Translations under genes and position numbers: made by a program
In this document: piece after piece, positions 54,380 through 64,000 of the stretch
Position numbering within the stretch: the first letter of the stretch is position 1
Layout of the letters: each line of letters starts with the position of its first letter
Assembly (NCBI GenBank): GCA_951406725.2
Contig: OX597824.1
Location: forward strand, 59,768,001 to 59,832,000
Direction: 5' to 3'
Source: Octopus vulgaris
Taxonomy: Eukaryota
DNA length: 64,000 bases
The notes under the pieces: generated by a model
Seen by the model: only the letters and a program-made list of their open reading frames with translations
The model's database searches: none
Told to the model about the DNA's origin: nothing

Positions 54380-54380
<1 letters not shown>
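53173..54380 (+). mobile_element. PLE 3' portion: GIY-YIG (53258-53680, one TGA), 3' UTR and hammerhead, ending at (TA)n
   Basis: Manual translation CNCRIRSKC..NVIYKC..YFG..DLKR*LNNHFSSF..TTLSSKIWEL..LKWDIV..CQLCSKE (absent from the ORF track). Confidence 0.85.
54261..54348 (+). ncRNA. Type I hammerhead, canonical core, 48-nt helix-II insert
   Basis: TTGG-CTGATGA-GTAC..GTAC-GAAA-CGATCA-TA-TCAA. Confidence 0.78.
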
Positions 54381-55870
<1,490 letters not shown>

Positions 55871-55871
55871 A

Positions 55872-57700
55872 TCTCTTATTATAAAAGGCAGATTTTATCT
55901 GCCTCCATTTGTATCTTATAGAAATCTACAATATAGGATTTCTTCAATTACAATTTACCTAGCATTTTTAAGAGTAGAATGCATCGGGTCGTGCCAGGTC
56001 CAGTTTTTAAAATTTCAACCCCAATTAAGCAAAATTTAGAGAAAACTCACATTGTGGTGTATAAGTCAAATGCTTTTCTTAGTGTGGCCTACACCACACG
56101 CACACGCACACACACAGTGTGCAACGAATAAAGTGAAAGTAATTCACTTTTTGTAGTGAGTGACTCTTTCACTCTGCCACTTCCTCTTTACACACATAGA
56201 CACGCAAATATATAAATAAAATTGTAAGCTAACGTGTGTGTGTGCGTGTGTGTGAGTGTGTGTGTGTGTGTGCGCGTGTGTGTGTGTGAGGGTGTGTGTG
56301 TGTGTGTGTGTGTGCGTGTGCGTGAGTGTGTGACAGGAAAGTTTTTTAGGACGAATATAAGATCTAAAGTATATACAAGTAGCAGAAAGATCGCCCAAAA
56401 GTGTATATAGATATTTAAATGTATTTATATATTCATCTATACACAGATGTATGTATAATGTGTGTGTATATATTTCCATAGACGTAACCATTCACTCCGC
56501 ACAAAGTTTTTTAGGACGAAAAAAAGATCTAAAGTTATCTCTAAGTAGCACATAGATCGCCCAAAAGTGTATATAGATATATAAATGTATTTATATATTC
56601 ATCTATGCACACAGGTATGTATAACGTGTGTGTATATATTTCCATAGAGGTAACCATTCACTCCATACAAAGTTTTTTAGGACGAAAATAAGATCTAAAG
56701 TTATCTCTAAGAAACAGAAAGATCGCCCAAAAGTGTATATAGATATTTAAATGTATTTATATATTCATCTATATACACATGTATGTATAATGTGCGTGTA
56801 TATATTTCCATAGAGGTAACCATTCAATCCATACAAAGTTTTTTAGGACGAAAATATTTATATATAAAAGAAAGGTTGTGTGTCTGTCTACTCCGATTTA
56901 GATTCCTAACTACTCCCACATTTTGCGATGCAGTTTAACCAAAACCGGGTATCTTATAGTCGTGATTCATATCGAGCCCTTCTGGGTATTAGTGCGCGTC
57001 TACGATGAGTCTATGATTTTACAAATAATTTACCATCATTTTTTTCCATTTTAATGCATATTTTTTTAATAAAGGGAAGTAACTCTCAAACTTCACACCA
57101 ATATGCGTGCTCATATGCGACGTAATATCACATCAGCAGCATTTCCTCACACCCTCCTTGTACTTGGCGAACGCAAAATACCAGGGGATGAAAATGGTAA
57201 TATTGTCATCGATTCCATTTGTACCATTGTTAAGACGCCTTCTGATCTCAGAGATGCAGTGTTCCCAGATCTACAAGCTAATTATCAGAATATGGATTGG
57301 ATTGTCAAAAAGGCTATACTGACCCCGAGGAATAAAACTGTTCACCATATTAATGATGAAATGCTAAAACTCATTCCTGAGGAAGTCTATGTATATCAGT
57401 CTATCGATGCAATTCCTGACCCGGAGGACGTCATCAACTATCCAATAGAGGTACTCAATTCCTTTGAAAACCCCGGACTACCACCACACTTTCTCAAACT
57501 TAAAGTTGGTGCCCCTATAATGCTCATCAGAAATTTGGTTCCCCCAAAAGAATGCAATGGCACACGTTTGATCGTTAAGTCCTTATCTCCCACCGTAAGC
57601 TTATATCAATATTTGCCTGAATAATCATCATAATTCAGTGCAATCATTAGCAGTACTTTCAAGCAATTCAGCCCCGAGCAACGCCGGGCAATTCTGCTAG
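55872..57700 (+). mobile_element. Composite Helitron with ~165-bp x3 tandem repeat and PIF1 helicase fragment (57103-57597)
   Basis: A|TCTCTTATTATAAAAGG 5' end; AILTPRN, PGLPPH.LKLKVGAPIMLIRNL, CNGTRLIV; CCCG..CGGG hairpin and CTAG|T at 57697-57700. Confidence 0.85.
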
Positions 57701-57720
57701 TATATATATATATGTATATA

Positions 57721-57800
<80 letters not shown>

Positions 57801-58095
57801 AACCGCCAGACTTCGTATTCGTTATCTATTCCTTCTGTTTTGCATATGTGAATTACAGGGTCTGTCATGCCCGGAGTCCAACTTTGATAGAAATAAGCAT
57901 TCTTGACTGCTATTTCTATTTTTTCGGTATGCGGTCAAGCAACCTGTTTTGCCTGCCCCTTTTTCTTATATACAATATATATACTGAACTTTACAGAAGT
58001 TCCTGCCGGTAATCGGCTATATTTACATACCGAATTCTACCAGTAAATAATTGGGGTTTTTTTAAAAGCCTTTATAGAAATTATTTACTCTTATC

Positions 58096-58140
<45 letters not shown>

Positions 58141-58152
58141 GTATATATATAT

Positions 58153-60715
<2,563 letters not shown>

Positions 60716-60769
60716 TATAAGGATTTTAAAAAAAGGGGGAGAGGGAGAAAGAGAGGTGGAGCGCAGTCA

Positions 60770-62270
60770 CTAAGAGGAAGGAGCTGTGTTGAGTCCATGT
60801 GGAATATTGGTTTGTAGAGTGAAGATGAAGCGTTGCTCCAAGTGGAGCCTGGATTGTGAACGACCGTTGTGTGGGGCGAGACCAAACACTGAGATGTCAT
60901 CGGGGGAATGGCTGGCCGAGCGGAAGTGACGTGCGACGGGAGAAAAGGACCGTATGCGAACATCCCTCAGATGTTCGGCGAATCGGTCTGACAAACGGCG
61001 TCCCGTCTGTCCTATACACAGCATTCCGCAGAGGTTGCATTTAATACAGTATATGAGGCCAGACGAAGTGCACGTAAAAGAATGTCTGATACGTACAGTT
61101 CGCTGGTTGGAGCCGGTGACAGCAGTGGTGTTGGTGATGAAGGGGCAGGTGTTGCAGCGGGATCTAGAGCACGGGAATGATCCGTGTGGGGCTGAGGGGG
61201 AAGAAGAGAGGGTGCTATGGACAAGGAGGTCGCGTAGATTCCGGGCTCGTTTGAAGTAGGACAGGGGTGGGTTGGGGAAAATGGGGCGGGTCGTGGGATC
61301 GAGCTGGAGGCGACGGAAGGCACGTAGTATCTTCCAACGAAGGGGTAGAGTAGAGGGGTGGAAAAAGAGGGGAAAGGGGTGCGGTTCGGGGGTGGGTGAG
61401 AGGAAGGAGAAAGGGCGGTGGTGCGGTCGATGCGACGGGCGCGGGCGAGGGCATTTGAGATTAGTATAGGTGGGTATCCTCGTTGCCTGAACAGGCGGGC
61501 CAGGTATTGAGATTGGGTCTCGAAATCCTGGTCGCGGCTGCACAAGCGTCGGAGGCGGAGGAACTGGTAGTAGGGGATGGCCCGTTTGGTGTGGAAGGTG
61601 GGAGGAAGAGAAGTTGAGATAGAGGTGGGAATCCGTGGGTTTAAAGAAGGCGGAGGTGGTGAGAGAGTGGGAGGGGTGGTCGATGCTGAGAGAGATATCA
61701 AGGAAGTTGACAGAGGCGTTGGAGATAGTTGAAGTGAATTGTAGAGAGGGGTGGAAGTTGGAGAGGAAAGAGATGAATTGGCAGAGAAGTTCGCGAGAAA
61801 GGGAGGTGGCGCCTATGCAGTCGTCTATATAGCAACCGTATAGTTCAGGGGTCGGCCCGGAGAATCGGGAGAATACTTGGGTCTCAATGTAGCCAAGAAA
61901 GAGATTGGCGAAATTGGGGCCCATTCTCGTTCCCATCGCGACCCCAGACACCTGTTGGTACGTTTCCCCGGCGAACGTGAAACACTTAAGGGTGAGGACG
62001 AACTCAGCCAGGCGGAGAAGGGTGGGGGTGCTGGGGTCGGGTCGGGACGACGGTCGAGGAAGTCTTGGAGGGCTAGGAGACCGTCGTTGTGGGGAATTAT
62101 CGTATACAGGGATTTTACGTCTAGGGTGAAGAGGAGGTGTGAGGGGCTGGAAGGGAAGCAAAAGGAATTGAAGAGACGGAGGGCGTGGTTGGTGTCGTGT
62201 ATGTGGGATGGGAGGGCTGCGACTAAGGGGGACAGGATGCGATCGAGGTATAGGGAAATGTGTTCAGTGG
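60770..62270 (-). mobile_element. PLE RT plus GIY-YIG (Poseidon-like), 5'-truncated, frameshifted
   Basis: GVAMGTRMGPNFANLF, YIDDCIG, VNFLDI, AIPYYQFLRLRRLCS (alternative frame), CSRSRCNTC, FTCTSSGLIYCIKC..IGQTGRRLSDRFAEH. Confidence 0.93.
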
Positions 62271-62436
62271 GGCAATTACAGATACATATATATAGATAGA
62301 TAGATATATATATACATATACATATATATATATAAAGTTAATCCAAACAAGAAAACAAAAACAAAAAAACAACAACGCAAGGACGTGGAACAAATAAAGT
62401 ATTATTGGACGCTCTGGAAAGAAGGGAAGAAGGAGG

Positions 62437-62471
62437 GTTTGACGTTACGAGCGAAGCTCTTCGTCGGAAAC
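62437..62471 (-). ncRNA. Minimal PLE-type hammerhead (degenerate) in a solo terminus (62336-62540)
   Basis: GTTT-CCGACGA-A-GAGC-TTC-GCTC-GTAA-CG-TC-AAAC. Confidence 0.62.
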
Positions 62472-62761
62472 ATAGGAGAAGGAAAGATCCCGAGAAGGGA
62501 AGACAGGGGAAAAATCGCTAGTGATACAGACGAGGTCTGTATGTACATATATATATACATACATATATACATATATACATATATATATACATACATACAT
62601 ATATATATATACATATATATATACATATATATATATACATATATATATGCATATATATATATGCATATACATATATATATATATACATATATATATATGC
62701 ATATATATATACATGCATATATATATATATAAACATATATATTTATATATATATATAAACA

Positions 62762-62797
<36 letters not shown>

Positions 62798-62914
62798 CAT
62801 ATATATATACATATATATATATACATATATATATATACATATATATATAAACATACATATATTTATACATATATATATATACATATATATATTATATATA
62901 AATATCATATATAC

Positions 62915-64000
62915 GTTCCTATATTTCATTCTCACTGTATCTCGGGCGAAAATGTCGAGAAACTGGTCTGCGAGGGAGTTGCAATTGTTCGTGTGCGCCT
63001 GGAAGATTGCCGAGGGCGACTCGCCGAACAATATCATTGTAGCGGCACTGAAGAGCAATGATTTTTCAAGGACCACTGACCAGATACAGGGAAGGAAACG
63101 AGAATTTCTCCGTTCATACGCTCTAATCAGGCAATACATGGACACTCTGGACATCATCCTAGGAGGTAACTGCACCAGGGAAGGCCAAAAGGATGAAGAA
63201 AACATCCAGGACCCAACAAAAGACAAAACCGAGAAAATTGCAACTAAGGGAAACAATGGCACATGTCCAGCTCCCAACACAACTGAAGACCAAAGAGGTG
63301 CGATGGCCGCAAAAAAAGAAAAGCACCCTAAAATTGATGGGTAACAGGAGGTAAAAGACAAGAAAATTAAAGCTAAAACAAACACTGTTCAGAAAAAACA
63401 AAAGAACCCCAGCAAGAACTATAAGGGCAAAGGCAGAAACATCTGCAAATTCTACCTGAAGGGGGACTGCTGGTACGGCGTCGAAGGTGCGAACTGTCGC
63501 TTTGCACATCAGAAGCCCTACCAAAACAACACGGACACGAGACAAAAATTCCTACTTGGGGAGAACAAAAAGATAAAGATAAAGACAAATATAAATGAAG
63601 GAAAAATAGCGCCTGACCACTCCTGAAAGACGATATGCGGATGTGGTGCGCGGTAACCCAACAAATGGCCAGCTTCACCCAGATGTGAGAAGGGCAGCAG
63701 CTGAACAGCAATCTTTTTTGTGCGTGGCACAAAAAATTGTTCAGCAGCTGACCTGGCTACAAGCACAAAGCTGGAACTACCACCACATAAGGCCACCACC
63801 AACAGATGCAGGATGGCCACCACAGACACCAACACAACACACCACAAAAATATTTCTACTGAACGTAGGAGGGCTGCTGCGCGGCAACTGTAAAAGGAAA
63901 ATCTCATTCCTGAGAGACCTTGTGACATGCAATCAAGCTATATTCATGGCACTCACAGAAACGCATCTTGGACCCGATATAGGGGATGCAGAAATACACA
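62915..64000 (+). mobile_element. 5' end of a LINE: decayed ORF1 with CCCH finger and start of APE endonuclease (63850 to window end)
   Basis: ICKFYLKGDCWYGVEGANCRFAH at 63441-63509; IFLLNVGGL..ALTETHL. Confidence 0.8.

Noticed and set aside
57103-57624. Host PIF1 helicase gene (also 16203-16780)
   Set aside because: Partial fragments inside Helitron termini.

Overview
AT-rich, microsatellite-dense animal genomic DNA. The tRNA-derived SINE families, the (TA)n/(CA)n density and the TE mix point to a cephalopod, probably Octopus (inference). The only clearly intact host CDS is a single-exon UDP-glucuronosyltransferase (49586-51100, +); a candidate small exon of another gene lies at 37467-37522 (-). 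The rest is mostly decayed mobile DNA: RTE and CR1/L2-group LINEs, at least eight Penelope-like element (PLE) fragments, Helitrons, a full-length pogo/Tigger element, hAT and mariner remnants, MITEs and SINEs. The most notable signal, read by eye, is about ten hammerhead-ribozyme motifs. Almost all lie 30-210 bp upstream of a (TA)n tract, and two sit directly in PLE 3' ends. They include canonical cores with long helix-II inserts, a three-copy U3-A8 covariant core and an apparently non-circularly permuted (pseudoknotted) hammerhead at 19149-19209. PLE junctions repeatedly show fold-back inversions, one of which carries a snippet of 18S rRNA. No folding program or database search was run.
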